Assembly: GCF_039916025.1 (NCBI RefSeq)
Contig: NZ_JBDSMB010000065.1
Location: 2,135-66,134, forward strand
Reading direction: 5' to 3'
Source: Flavobacterium sp.
GTDB lineage: Bacteria > Bacteroidota > Bacteroidia > Flavobacteriales > Flavobacteriaceae
DNA length: 64,000 nucleotides
Shown here: positions 28,480-38,144 of the stretch, one piece after another
Numbering within the stretch: position 1 is the stretch's first letter
Layout: the number at the start of each line of letters is the position of its first letter
Program-made: the position numbers and the translations under genes
The notes under the pieces: model-generated
Databases searched by the model: none
What the model saw: only the letters and a program-made list of their open reading frames with translations
Told to the model about the DNA's origin: nothing

Positions 28480-29217
28480 ATGGAAAAAAATACGCCAGCA
28501 ATAGAAATCAAAAATCTTCATAAAACTTTTGGAGATAAAACTGTACTTGATGGGATTGATGTTACAGTAAATAAAGGCGAAGATGTTGTCATTCTGGGGC
28601 GTTCGGGTGCCGGAAAATCAGTAACCATTAAATGCATAGTTGGATTAGTGAAGCCAGATAAAGGTGCAGTAAAAGTTTTCGGGACAGATGTAACCAAATT
28701 AAACGCCAAAGAACTTAACGAAATCAGAACCCGAATTGGATTTATGTTTCAAAATGGTGCTCTTTATGATTCTATGTCGGTCAGACAAAATCTCGCGTTT
28801 ACTTTAAAACATCATAATAAGAATATTAGTAAAGAAGAAACTGAAGAAAAAATAACCGAAGCGCTTGACAATGTAGGGTTACTGGAGGCCATAGACAAAA
28901 TGCCTTCAGAACTTTCAGGAGGTATGCAAAAACGAATTGGGATGGCGCGGACATTAATCGTTAAACCCGAAATAATTTTGTATGACGAACCTACTTCGGG
29001 ACTTGATACCATAACATCGCGCGAAATAAGCGAATTAATGGTGGCCATACAAAAAAAGAATAAAACAGCGTCTATAATTATTACTCATGACTTGGCTTGC
29101 GCCAAATTAACCGCTGATAGAATTATAGTTTTACAAGACGGAGTTATAGCCGAAGAAGGTACCTATGCACAACTCGAAAAAAGCAAAAATCCTTCAGTAC
29201 AAGCATTTTTTAAATAA
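28480..29217 (+). CDS. mlaF: MlaF-family ABC ATP-binding protein
   Basis: GRSGAGKS, LSGGMQKR and YDEPTSGLD motifs. Confidence 0.9.
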   Translation: MEKNTPAIEIKNLHKTFGDKTVLDGIDVTVNKGEDVVILGRSGAGKSVTIKCIVGLVKPDKGAVKVFGTDVTKLNAKELNEIRTRIGFMFQNGALYDSMSVRQNLAFTLKHHNKNISKEETEEKITEALDNVGLLEAIDKMPSELSGGMQKRIGMARTLIVKPEIILYDEPTSGLDTITSREISELMVAIQKKNKTASIIITHDLACAKLTADRIIVLQDGVIAEEGTYAQLEKSKNPSVQAFFK

Positions 29218-29234
29218 TTAAAAAAACAAAAACC

Positions 29235-29981
29235 ATGGTAAAAAATACAGGAAATATATGGAAATTAGGGGCGTTTGTAATCTTAGGAATCTTACTCTTT
29301 ATGGTAGCTGTTTATCTGATTGGGCAAAACAAAAATTTGTTTACTGAAACCTTTCAGGTAAAAGCCACTTTCAGCAATGTGAGCGGACTGACACCAGGGA
29401 ATAATGTCCGGTTTGGAGGTATCAACATTGGAACAGTAAAGACCATTGAGTTTGTATCTGATAGTTCCGTGGTAGTAACAGCGGTAATTAAGGAAGAGGT
29501 ACACAAATACATTAAAAGTGATGCGATGGCAAGTATTGGCTCAGACGGCTTAATGGGAGATAAAGTATTAACCATTTCGCCCGGAACAAATTCAAAACAA
29601 ATGGTAAAAAACGACGGATTTATTGCATCTAACAAAGCAGTAGAACTGGAAGATATTATGGGAAGCCTCAAAGTAAGTGTAGACAATGCCCAATACATTA
29701 CTTATGAGTTGGCTGAGTTCACCGCAAAAATGAATAACAAAAATACGTTACTGTCAAGACTGGTAAGCGATGAAAAATTAGGAGAATCAGTAGAAAAAAG
29801 TCTCAATAATCTTCAGGGTGCTACCAAAGGTTTGAACGAAAATATGGAAGCAGCCAAACATAATTTCCTTTTGCGCGGTTATTTCAAGAAAAAGGAAAAA
29901 GCCGAAGAAAAAAAGAAAAAAGAATTAGAAGAACAAAAGAAAGAAGCGCTGAAAAAAGCTGAAGATGAAAAGAAAAAATAA
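29235..29981 (+). CDS. mlaD: MCE/MlaD-family protein
   Basis: VSGLTPGNNVRFGGINIGTV and GSDGLMGDK motifs. Confidence 0.9.
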   Translation: MVKNTGNIWKLGAFVILGILLFMVAVYLIGQNKNLFTETFQVKATFSNVSGLTPGNNVRFGGINIGTVKTIEFVSDSSVVVTAVIKEEVHKYIKSDAMASIGSDGLMGDKVLTISPGTNSKQMVKNDGFIASNKAVELEDIMGSLKVSVDNAQYITYELAEFTAKMNNKNTLLSRLVSDEKLGESVEKSLNNLQGATKGLNENMEAAKHNFLLRGYFKKKEKAEEKKKKELEEQKKEALKKAEDEKKK

Positions 29982-30086
29982 CAGAATGAAATTCTGAAAC
30001 ATTCTTCAAATATTCTGTAACGCTATAAGCCGTGCGATTTAGCAACTTTGTAATATAATTTTTTAATAACCTATAAATATTGCTAA

Positions 30087-30848
30087 ATGAAAAAATTAAT
30101 TTTAATGCTGAGCATTGTGGCTGGAGTTTCAATGTTCTCTTCTTGTAGTAATGATAATTCCACAGGTAGTGGAGATTATGCATACAAAGTTCGTATGACC
30201 GATGCCCCTGGTCCTTATGATTCAGTGAATATCGATTTACAAGGGGTAGAAGTTACCGGAAACAACGGTGAAACTGTAATGCTTAATACTACTGAAGGCA
30301 TGTACAACTTACTGGATTACTCAAATGGTACCAGTGTGTTAATTGCAAACAGCAATCTCGTAGATGCTGATGTACAACAAATCAGATTGATATTGGGATC
30401 TAACAGTACAGTTGTTGTTGATGGGGTAACCTATCCTTTAAGCACACCTAGTGCTGAACAAAGCGGATTGAAAATAAACGTAAATCAAACACTAAGTGCA
30501 GATGTTGATAACGAAATCCTGCTCGATTTTGATGCAGGTGCTTCAATTATTCAAACCGGTAATGGAACCTATAAATTAAAACCAGTTTTACGAACAGTTG
30601 TTGCAACATCTGGTACTATTAGAGGTTCTATAACACCAATAGGTAATGCGATGGTAACGGCAACCTCAGCTACATCTGTAGAATATACAAGTAGTACAAA
30701 CGATGCCGGTCAATTCCAGATTTCAGGATTACCAGCTGGTACTTACACGCTTACCATAACTCCTGAATTACCTTTACTTCCTATCATCCAAACAGATGTA
30801 GTAGTAACGACGGGAGTTGTAACCAATGTAGGTATTATAACATTCTAG
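30087..30848 (+). CDS. DUF4382-like lipoprotein with a carboxypeptidase-regulatory-like C-terminus
   Basis: Lipobox FSSC; VRMTDAP, LLDFDA and YKLKPVLR motifs. Confidence 0.8.
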   Translation: MKKLILMLSIVAGVSMFSSCSNDNSTGSGDYAYKVRMTDAPGPYDSVNIDLQGVEVTGNNGETVMLNTTEGMYNLLDYSNGTSVLIANSNLVDADVQQIRLILGSNSTVVVDGVTYPLSTPSAEQSGLKINVNQTLSADVDNEILLDFDAGASIIQTGNGTYKLKPVLRTVVATSGTIRGSITPIGNAMVTATSATSVEYTSSTNDAGQFQISGLPAGTYTLTITPELPLLPIIQTDVVVTTGVVTNVGIITF

Positions 30849-30960
30849 AAACAACAAACTAATTATAAACGTGAAAAAGCGCTTCAGGGATGGAGGGCTT
30901 TTTTTTATGCAAAATAGTTTCCGTTGATTGCTTTCAACTCCTTGTTATTTGATCAATAAA

Positions 30961-30994
30961 AAAAAGGCCGTAAACTATTGTTTACGACCTTTTT
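30961..30994 (-). terminator. Intrinsic terminator
   Basis: AAAAAGGCCGTAAAC-TATT-GTTTACGACCTTTTT. Confidence 0.7.
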
Positions 30995-31012
30995 AATTTT
31001 TAATCTAAAAGT

Positions 31013-31390
31013 CTAATTGAAATGCTTTGCAATAAAAACAGCAAAGTTTTCATCGCTCATTTTATTGGAAGTACTTTCACTGGATACCGCGTTTTTATAC
31101 TGTGGTGTTTCAGCCAGAAATTTCATAAACTGTTCCTGGCTTTGTCCAGTTCCGGTTATGTGTATTTCATCAATATTGGGCATTTTACTAGCAATTTCTT
31201 TAAAGAACTTATGAGTTAACCCAATCTCCTGATTATTTGTTGTTTTTTCATTTGAATGATGATCTGGGCCTGCATTAGATACATGGCCAAGAATAATAAA
31301 TTCTCCTTCATTAACATTCTCTTTTCCTACGATTATTGCGTTGTGTGAATCCATCCAAACACCGAACTGTTTTTTGTTTTTATCTGACAT
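31013..31390 (-). CDS. Hypothetical protein (possibly release-factor-like fold)
   Basis: GVWMDSHNAII..IHITGTGQSQEQF; family not certain. Confidence 0.65.
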   Translation of the reverse strand: MSDKNKKQFGVWMDSHNAIIVGKENVNEGEFIILGHVSNAGPDHHSNEKTTNNQEIGLTHKFFKEIASKMPNIDEIHITGTGQSQEQFMKFLAETPQYKNAVSSESTSNKMSDENFAVFIAKHFN

Positions 31391-31620
31391 TTTTTTATTT
31401 TTCTTAAAGGTAAGCCTTTTGAAAAGTAAATACTGTTTTTTGTGTTAACATTGTGACGCTTCATAAAAAAGTACAGAAAGAACAAGAAGAAAATCGAATA
31501 AAGCATCATCATCAGTTATATAATTTACGAATGGATATATTATAAACCCTATGTGGAATTATATAAACCTACTTCTCCACCAAAAAAGGTAACCCATCAT
31601 AAATAAAAATTTAACATAAA

Positions 31621-31656
31621 TACTATGCGTGCATAATAAAAATTTTGTATCTTTGA
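31621..31656 (+). promoter_or_regulatory. Putative MarR operator and -7 element of the beta-oxidation operon
   Basis: Palindrome TATGC-GT-GCATA (31624-35); TATCTTTG (31649-56). Confidence 0.6.
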
Positions 31657-31674
31657 ACTTCTTATAGTAAAGAT

Positions 31675-32106
31675 ATGAAAGATAAAACTATAGATTATAT
31701 ACTCCGCGCTACCTGGCAGGCAGTGTCCAGAATGTACAACGAAGAAGCGTCCAAATTTGAAGGTTCAATGGCAATTGGTTTTGCATTGTTAAGCATCGAT
31801 CGTGAAGAAGGAACGCCTTCAACAGCCATAAGCATGAGAATGGGAATGGAACCTACAAGTCTCACACGAACATTAAAAACTCTGGAAGAAAAAGGGTTAA
31901 TATACCGCAAAAAGAATCCCGATGATGGTCGTGGCGTCCTAATATACCTCACCGATTTGGGTAAACAAATGAGGGAACAGTCTAAAATTACCGTTTTGAA
32001 ATTCAACGAAATTGTAAGGCAAAATATCTCCGATGAAAAGTTACAACACTTTATCGAGGTTTCCGAGATTATTAATGAATTGATTACGGAGAAGAAGATT
32101 TTTTAA
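31675..32106 (+). CDS. MarR-family regulator heading the beta-oxidation operon
   Basis: EPTSLTRTLKTLEEKG..DGRGVLIYLT. Confidence 0.9.
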   Translation: MKDKTIDYILRATWQAVSRMYNEEASKFEGSMAIGFALLSIDREEGTPSTAISMRMGMEPTSLTRTLKTLEEKGLIYRKKNPDDGRGVLIYLTDLGKQMREQSKITVLKFNEIVRQNISDEKLQHFIEVSEIINELITEKKIF

Positions 32107-32111
32107 AGGCT

Positions 32112-32223
32112 ATTTTAAATTTTTAATTATAAATTTTAAATGATTTTATAATTAAAATAGAAAGACTTACTAACAACACACGACTAATTTAAAATTCAAA
32201 ATTTATAATTTAAAATAATTTAA
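32112..32223. repeat. Heptamer inverted-arm element, empty (TTATAAA/TTTTAAA family)
   Basis: Left arm attttaaatttttaattataaattttaaat; right arm atttaaaattcaaaatttataatttaaaat. Confidence 0.75.
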
Positions 32224-34614
32224 ATGAAGAGGATAATTAAAAAAGTGGCAGTAGTTGGCTCAGGAATTATGGGCTCAGGAATTGCTTGTCATTTTGCTAA
32301 CATTGGCTTGGAAGTTTTGCTTTTGGATATCGTTCCAAATGAACTTACTGAAATTGAAACCAAAAAAGAATTGACATTAGAAAGTAAAGCCGTTCGCAAC
32401 CGATTGGTAAACGACCATTTAGCCAATGCTTTAAAATCTAACCCATCTCCTATTTACAGCCAGAAGTTTGCCTCCAGAATCACAACTGGAAACACAACCG
32501 ATGATATGGCTAAGATTACCAACTACGATTGGATTATCGAAGTCGTGGTGGAACGCTTAGATATCAAGAAATTGGTTTTCGAACAAATTGACAAATTCAG
32601 AAAACCGGGAACTTTAGTCACTTCAAATACTTCCGGGATTCCAATTCATTTTATGAGCGAAGGACGAAGTGAAGATTTCCAGAAGCATTTCTGCGGAACC
32701 CATTTCTTTAATCCAGCACGTTATTTAAAATTATTCGAAATCATTCCAGGGCCACAAACTTCCCAGGAAGTTTTGGATTTCCTGTTTGATTATGGTTCAA
32801 AATATTTAGGCAAAACTTCGGTCATTGCCAAAGACACTCCGGCTTTTATCGGAAACAGAATCGGAATTTTCGGAATCCAGAGTTTATTCCATTTGGTAAA
32901 AGAAATGGGACTAACAATCGAGGAAGTTGATAAGTTAACCGGACCAGTTATTGGCCGTCCAAAATCGGCTACGTTCAGAACCGTTGATGTTGTTGGTCTG
33001 GATACTTTAGTTCATGTAGCCAATGGTTTATATGAAGGTGTGCCAAATGACGAAGCGCATGACTTATTTAAACTTCCGGATTTCATCAATAAAATGTTGG
33101 AAAACAAATGGCTGGGAAGCAAAACGGGACAAGGTTTCTACAAAAAAGTAGACAAAGACATCTTGTCTTTAGATTTGGATACGATGGAATATCGTCCGGC
33201 AAAGAAAGCTTCTTTCGCTACTTTGGAATTGACAAAAACCATTGATAAACCTATTGACCGATTCAGGGTTTTAGTAAAAGGAAAAGACAAAGCGGGTGAT
33301 TTCTACAGAAAAAATTTCTCTGCGATGTTTGCTTATGTTTCGAATCGTGTTCCCGAAATCACAGATGATTTCTATAAAATCGACGATGCGATGAAAGCTG
33401 GTTTTGGATGGGAAAACGGACCATTTGAAATTTGGGATGCCATTGGAGTTCAGAAAGGTATCGAATTGATGGAAGCAGAAGGTTTAAAACCGGCAGCATG
33501 GGTTCGTGAAATGATAGCTTCAGATACAACCAGTTTCTATAGTATAAAAGAAGGAAATACCTATTATTATAATATTCCAACAAAATCACAAGTTAAAGTT
33601 CCGGGACAAGACAGTTTCATCATCCTGAACAACATCCGCGAAAGCAAAAAAGTTTGGAGCAACAGTGGTGTCATCATTGAAGATTTGGGTGACGGAATCT
33701 TAAACTTAGAATTCCAATCCAAAATGAACACGATTGGTGGTGATGTTTTAGTCGGAATCAATAAAGCAATCGACCTTGCCGAAAAAGAATACAACGGACT
33801 GGTAATCGGAAATCAGGGAGCGAATTTCTCTGTCGGTGCCAATATCGGAATGATATTTATGATGGCAGTCGAACAGGAATATGAAGAACTGAATATGGCA
33901 ATCAAAATGTTTCAGGATACAATGATGCGCGTTCGTTATTCATCAATTCCTGTTATTGTTGCGCCTCACGGAATGACATTAGGTGGTGGTTGTGAAATGA
34001 CACTTCACGCAGATAAAGTTGTGGCTGCAGCCGAAAGTTATATTGGTTTAGTTGAGTTTGGTGTCGGAGTAATTCCGGGCGGCGGTGGTTCTAAAGAAAT
34101 GGCATTACGTGCTTCTGATTTGTTCCGTAAAAATGATGTGGAATTAAATGTACTGCAGGAATATTTCTTAGCTGTAGCAATGGCAAAAGTATCAACATCT
34201 GCTTATGAAGCTTTCGATACCGGAATTCTGCAAAAAGGGAAAGATATCATTGTAGTAAATAAAGACAGGCAAATCGCGGAAGCAAAAAAACATGCCTTAT
34301 TAATGGCAGAAGTCGGATACACACAACCAATCAAAAGAACTGATGTAAAAGTCTTGGGAAAACAGGCATTGGGAATGTTCTTAGTCGGAACCGACCAAAT
34401 GGTAGCGGGAAAATACATTTCGGAACACGACCAAAAAATAGCCAACAAACTGGCATACGTAATGGCTGGCGGCGATTTATCAGAACCAACATTCGTATCA
34501 GAACAATACTTGTTAGATCTTGAAAGAGAAGCGTTCCTTTCATTATGTACTGAAAGAAAAACGTTAGAAAGAATACAGTTTATGTTAACTAAAGGGAAAC
34601 CGCTTAGAAATTAG
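32224..34614 (+). CDS. 3-hydroxyacyl-CoA dehydrogenase/enoyl-CoA hydratase (FadN-like)
   Basis: GSGIMGSGIA, EVVVERLDIK, SNTSG, HFFNP and LGGGCE motifs. Confidence 0.93.
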   Translation: MKRIIKKVAVVGSGIMGSGIACHFANIGLEVLLLDIVPNELTEIETKKELTLESKAVRNRLVNDHLANALKSNPSPIYSQKFASRITTGNTTDDMAKITNYDWIIEVVVERLDIKKLVFEQIDKFRKPGTLVTSNTSGIPIHFMSEGRSEDFQKHFCGTHFFNPARYLKLFEIIPGPQTSQEVLDFLFDYGSKYLGKTSVIAKDTPAFIGNRIGIFGIQSLFHLVKEMGLTIEEVDKLTGPVIGRPKSATFRTVDVVGLDTLVHVANGLYEGVPNDEAHDLFKLPDFINKMLENKWLGSKTGQGFYKKVDKDILSLDLDTMEYRPAKKASFATLELTKTIDKPIDRFRVLVKGKDKAGDFYRKNFSAMFAYVSNRVPEITDDFYKIDDAMKAGFGWENGPFEIWDAIGVQKGIELMEAEGLKPAAWVREMIASDTTSFYSIKEGNTYYYNIPTKSQVKVPGQDSFIILNNIRESKKVWSNSGVIIEDLGDGILNLEFQSKMNTIGGDVLVGINKAIDLAEKEYNGLVIGNQGANFSVGANIGMIFMMAVEQEYEELNMAIKMFQDTMMRVRYSSIPVIVAPHGMTLGGGCEMTLHADKVVAAAESYIGLVEFGVGVIPGGGGSKEMALRASDLFRKNDVELNVLQEYFLAVAMAKVSTSAYEAFDTGILQKGKDIIVVNKDRQIAEAKKHALLMAEVGYTQPIKRTDVKVLGKQALGMFLVGTDQMVAGKYISEHDQKIANKLAYVMAGGDLSEPTFVSEQYLLDLEREAFLSLCTERKTLERIQFMLTKGKPLRN

Positions 34615-34698
34615 AAATTAGAAAATAGAACATAGAAAAAAGAATATAGACTCGCAACTGCAAAAAGTCTATTCTCTATATTCTATTTTCTATACTCT
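34604..34698. repeat. Heptamer inverted-arm element (AGAACAT family)
   Basis: TTAGAAA x3, ATAGAAC ATAGAAA AAAGAAT ATAGACT, 13-nt loop, AGTCTATTCTCTATATTCTATTTTCTA. Confidence 0.85.
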
Positions 34699-34712
34699 TA
34701 AAAAATAAAAAG

Positions 34713-35894
34713 ATGAAAACAGCATATATAGTAAAAGCATACAGAACAGCCGTCGGAAAAGCACCAAAAGGAGTTTTTCGTTTCAAACGTCCCGACGAAT
34801 TGGCTGCAGAAACCATACAGTTCATGATGAGTGAATTGCCTGATTTCGATAAAACCCGAATCGACGATGTGATGGTTGGAAATGCTATGCCCGAAGCCGA
34901 ACAAGGTTTAAACGTTGCGCGTTTGATTTCGCTAATGGGATTAAAAGTTACCGATGTTCCTGGTGTAACTGTAAATAGATATTGCGCCTCCGGATTGGAA
35001 ACTATTGCAATGGCAACTGCAAAAATCCAAAACGGAATGGCAGATTGCATTATCGCTGGTGGTGCCGAAAGCATGTCTTTCATTCCGATGGGCGGTTACA
35101 AACCAACTCCTGATTACGCCGTCGCGGCCGAAGGTCACGAAGATTACTATTGGGGAATGGGTTTAACTGCAGAAGCGGTCGCCAAACAGTTCAACGTTTC
35201 CCGCGAAGATCAGGATGCATTTGCATTGAATTCGCATCTAAAAGCAATTAAAGCTCAGGCTGAAGGTAAATTTGACAAACAGATTGTCCCGATTACGATT
35301 GAGCAAATTTTTGTCAATGAAAATGGTAAAAAAGAAACCAAATCATATACCGTAACCAAAGATGAAGGTCCAAGAGCTGATACTAACGCTGCGGCTTTAG
35401 CAAAACTAAAACCAGTTTTCGCCGCCGATGGCAGTGTAACTGCTGGGAGCTCTTCACAAATGAGCGATGGTGCTGCTTTTGTTTTAGTCATGAGTGAAGA
35501 CATGGTCAAAGAATTAAACCTCACTCCTATTGCCCGCATGGTCAGCTATGCTGCAGCAGGTGTGGAACCAAGAATCATGGGAATTGGTCCGGTAAAAGCA
35601 ATTCCGAAAGCGTTGGCTCAGGCTGGTTTAAAACTGAATGATATCAACTTAATTGAGCTAAACGAAGCTTTTGCTTCTCAGGCTTTAGCCGTTACAAGAG
35701 AATTGGGATTGAATCCGGATATCGTTAATGTTAATGGTGGCGCAATTGCACTCGGACATCCATTAGGCTGCACCGGAGCAAAACTATCCGTACAGTTATT
35801 TGACGAAATGAAACGCCGTGGCGATAAATATGGGATTGTTTCAATGTGCGTCGGAACAGGACAAGGTGCGGCGGGAATCTATGAGTTATTATAA
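34713..35894 (+). CDS. fadA: Acetyl-CoA C-acyltransferase (thiolase)
   Basis: NRYCASG, NEAFASQ, GGAIALGHPLG and CVGTGQG motifs. Confidence 0.95.
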   Translation: MKTAYIVKAYRTAVGKAPKGVFRFKRPDELAAETIQFMMSELPDFDKTRIDDVMVGNAMPEAEQGLNVARLISLMGLKVTDVPGVTVNRYCASGLETIAMATAKIQNGMADCIIAGGAESMSFIPMGGYKPTPDYAVAAEGHEDYYWGMGLTAEAVAKQFNVSREDQDAFALNSHLKAIKAQAEGKFDKQIVPITIEQIFVNENGKKETKSYTVTKDEGPRADTNAAALAKLKPVFAADGSVTAGSSSQMSDGAAFVLVMSEDMVKELNLTPIARMVSYAAAGVEPRIMGIGPVKAIPKALAQAGLKLNDINLIELNEAFASQALAVTRELGLNPDIVNVNGGAIALGHPLGCTGAKLSVQLFDEMKRRGDKYGIVSMCVGTGQGAAGIYELL

Positions 35895-35915
35895 ATTTTG
35901 AATTATAAATTATAA
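35889..35915. repeat. Left heptamer arm of the four-helix-bundle module
   Basis: TTATAAA TTTTGAA TTATAAA TTATAA directly abuts the ATG. Confidence 0.75.
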
Positions 35916-36263
35916 ATGAAAGACAATCTGATAGCAATAAAAACATTTGATTTTTCTTTGATGATAATCGGATTGTTCATTCAATTAAAAAAGGAAAACG
36001 AGTTTATTGTATCTAAACAATTACTAAGATGTGGGACAAGTATCGGTGCGAATGTAGAAGAAGCCATTGCTGCACAATCAAAAAAAGATTTTATAAATAA
36101 ACTTTCAATAGCTAATAAAGAAGCGAGAGAAACTAAATACTGGTTAAGATTATTGGATAAATCTGAATTGACAAAAATTGGATTAGAGAATTATCTAATA
36201 GAAATAGAACACATAATAAACATCATTACCAAGATTATTAAAACATCACAAGAATCAAAATAA
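35916..36263 (+). CDS. Four helix bundle protein (23S rRNA IVP/Avd-like family)
   Basis: KQLLRCGTSIGANVEEA..SKKDFINKLSIANKEARETKYWLRLL. Confidence 0.92.
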   Translation: MKDNLIAIKTFDFSLMIIGLFIQLKKENEFIVSKQLLRCGTSIGANVEEAIAAQSKKDFINKLSIANKEARETKYWLRLLDKSELTKIGLENYLIEIEHIINIITKIIKTSQESK

Positions 36264-36292
36264 TTTAAAAATTATAATTCAAAATTTAAAAT
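36262..36292. repeat. Right heptamer arm of the four-helix-bundle module
   Basis: aatttaaaaattataattcaaaatttaaaat; inverted relative to the left arm. Confidence 0.75.
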
Positions 36293-36301
36293 AACAATAC
36301 A

Positions 36302-38092
36302 ATGGAAGATATAACAAGAGGTGGACAGTTTTTGGTAAAGGAAACCAAATGTGAAAATGTATTCACTCCGGAAGACTTTAGCGAAGAGCAAATCATGATG
36401 CGCGATTCTGTAAAAGAATTCGTTGACAAAGAAATCTGGCCAAACAAAAATCGGTTTGAAGCCAAAGATTACGCTTTCACAGAAGAAGTAATGAAGAAAG
36501 CCGGAGACATGGGATTCCTTAGCGTTGGTGTTCCTGAAGCTTATGGCGGAATGGGAATGGGATTCGTCGATACGTGTTTGGTTTGCGATTATATTTCAGG
36601 TGCAACCGGTTCGTTTTCTACCGCTTTTGGCGCTCATACCGGAATTGGGACGATGCCTATTACGTTATACGGAACCGAAGAACAAAAACAAAAATATGTG
36701 CCAAAATTAGCTACCGGCGAATGGTTTGGTGCCTATTGCTTAACCGAACCGGGTGCAGGTTCTGATGCCAACTCAGGAAAAACCAAAGCAGTTTTGTCTG
36801 CAGATGGGAAATATTATAGCATTACAGGAGGAAAAATGTGGATTTCAAACGCAGGTTTCTGTTCCTTATTTATCGTGTTTGCCCGAATCGAAGATGATAA
36901 AAACATTACAGGTTTTATTGTAGAAAATGATCCAGCTAATGGAATCACAATGAATGAAGAAGAGCATAAATTGGGAATCCGTGCTTCCTCTACACGTCAG
37001 GTTTTCTTTAATGATACAAAAGTTCCGGTTGAAAATATGCTTGCCGGTCGTGGCGAAGGTTTCAAAATTGCCATGAATGCTTTGAATGTTGGCCGTATCA
37101 AACTGGCTGCGGCTTGTCTTGATGCACAACGTCGTGTGACTACAAATGCTGTTCATTATGCAAACGAAAGAATCCAGTTTAATGTCCCAATTTCAAGCTT
37201 TGGTGCGATTCGTTACAAACTGGCGGAAATGGCAACTTCAGCGTATGCCGGAGAAAGCGCAACCTATCGCGCTGCTAAAGACATTGAAACGCGTATTAAA
37301 CTTCGTGAAGCAGAAGGCGCCTCACATCAGGAAGCTGAATTAAAAGGTGTCGAAGAATTCGCTATCGAATGTTCAATTCTAAAAGTAGCAGTTTCTGAAG
37401 ATGTTCAAAATGCTGCCGATGAAGGAATACAAATCTATGGCGGAATGGGATTCTCTGAAGATACTCCGATGGAAAGCGCCTGGCGTGATGCCCGTATTGC
37501 CCGTATTTATGAAGGAACGAACGAAATCAACAGAATGCTATCGGTTGGAATGCTAATCAAAAAAGCGATGAAAGGTCATATTGATTTACTTGGCCCGGCA
37601 TCAAAAGTTCAGGAAGAATTAATGGGAATTCCATCATTCGATACTCCGGATTATTCTGAATTATTTTCGGAAGAAAAAGAACTAATTGGCAAACTGAAAA
37701 AAGCATTCTTAATGGTTGCTGGTGGTGCCGTTCAAAAATATGGACCGGATTTAGACGCACATCAGCAATTATTAACAGCTGCAGCCGATATTTTAATTGA
37801 AATATACATGGCTGAAAGCACTCTTCTACGTACTGAGAAATTAGCCAAAAAAGCTGGAGAAGATAATGTTAAAGAGCAAATCGCTATGGCGAAATTATAC
37901 TTATACAAAGCAGTAGATGTAGTAACCCAAAAAGGAAAAGAAAGTATTATTTCTTTTGCCGAAGGCGATGAACAACGCATGATGCTTATGGGATTGCGTC
38001 GTTTTACAAAATACACCAACATGCCTAATATTGTGGGATTGAGAGAAACAATCACAACAAAATTAGTTGCGAAAAATAGTTATTGTTTTTAG
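36302..38092 (+). CDS. Acyl-CoA dehydrogenase
   Basis: YCLTEPGAGSDA, GGKMWISN, QIYGGMGF and RIYEGTNEINR motifs. Confidence 0.95.
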   Translation: MEDITRGGQFLVKETKCENVFTPEDFSEEQIMMRDSVKEFVDKEIWPNKNRFEAKDYAFTEEVMKKAGDMGFLSVGVPEAYGGMGMGFVDTCLVCDYISGATGSFSTAFGAHTGIGTMPITLYGTEEQKQKYVPKLATGEWFGAYCLTEPGAGSDANSGKTKAVLSADGKYYSITGGKMWISNAGFCSLFIVFARIEDDKNITGFIVENDPANGITMNEEEHKLGIRASSTRQVFFNDTKVPVENMLAGRGEGFKIAMNALNVGRIKLAAACLDAQRRVTTNAVHYANERIQFNVPISSFGAIRYKLAEMATSAYAGESATYRAAKDIETRIKLREAEGASHQEAELKGVEEFAIECSILKVAVSEDVQNAADEGIQIYGGMGFSEDTPMESAWRDARIARIYEGTNEINRMLSVGMLIKKAMKGHIDLLGPASKVQEELMGIPSFDTPDYSELFSEEKELIGKLKKAFLMVAGGAVQKYGPDLDAHQQLLTAAADILIEIYMAESTLLRTEKLAKKAGEDNVKEQIAMAKLYLYKAVDVVTQKGKESIISFAEGDEQRMMLMGLRRFTKYTNMPNIVGLRETITTKLVAKNSYCF

Positions 38093-38115
38093 TTTAAATT
38101 AAGTTAATTGTTTGG

Positions 38116-38143
38116 AAAAGCTGCTCTGAAAAGAGTGGCTTTT
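38116..38143. terminator. Bidirectional terminator
   Basis: AAAAGCTGCTCT-GAAA-AGAGTGGCTTTT. Confidence 0.75.
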
Positions 38144-38144
38144 T

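Noticed and set aside
35916-36263. Diversity-generating retroelement (Avd-like protein)
   Set aside because: No reverse transcriptase and no template/variable repeat pair with adenine-specific mismatches in the window.
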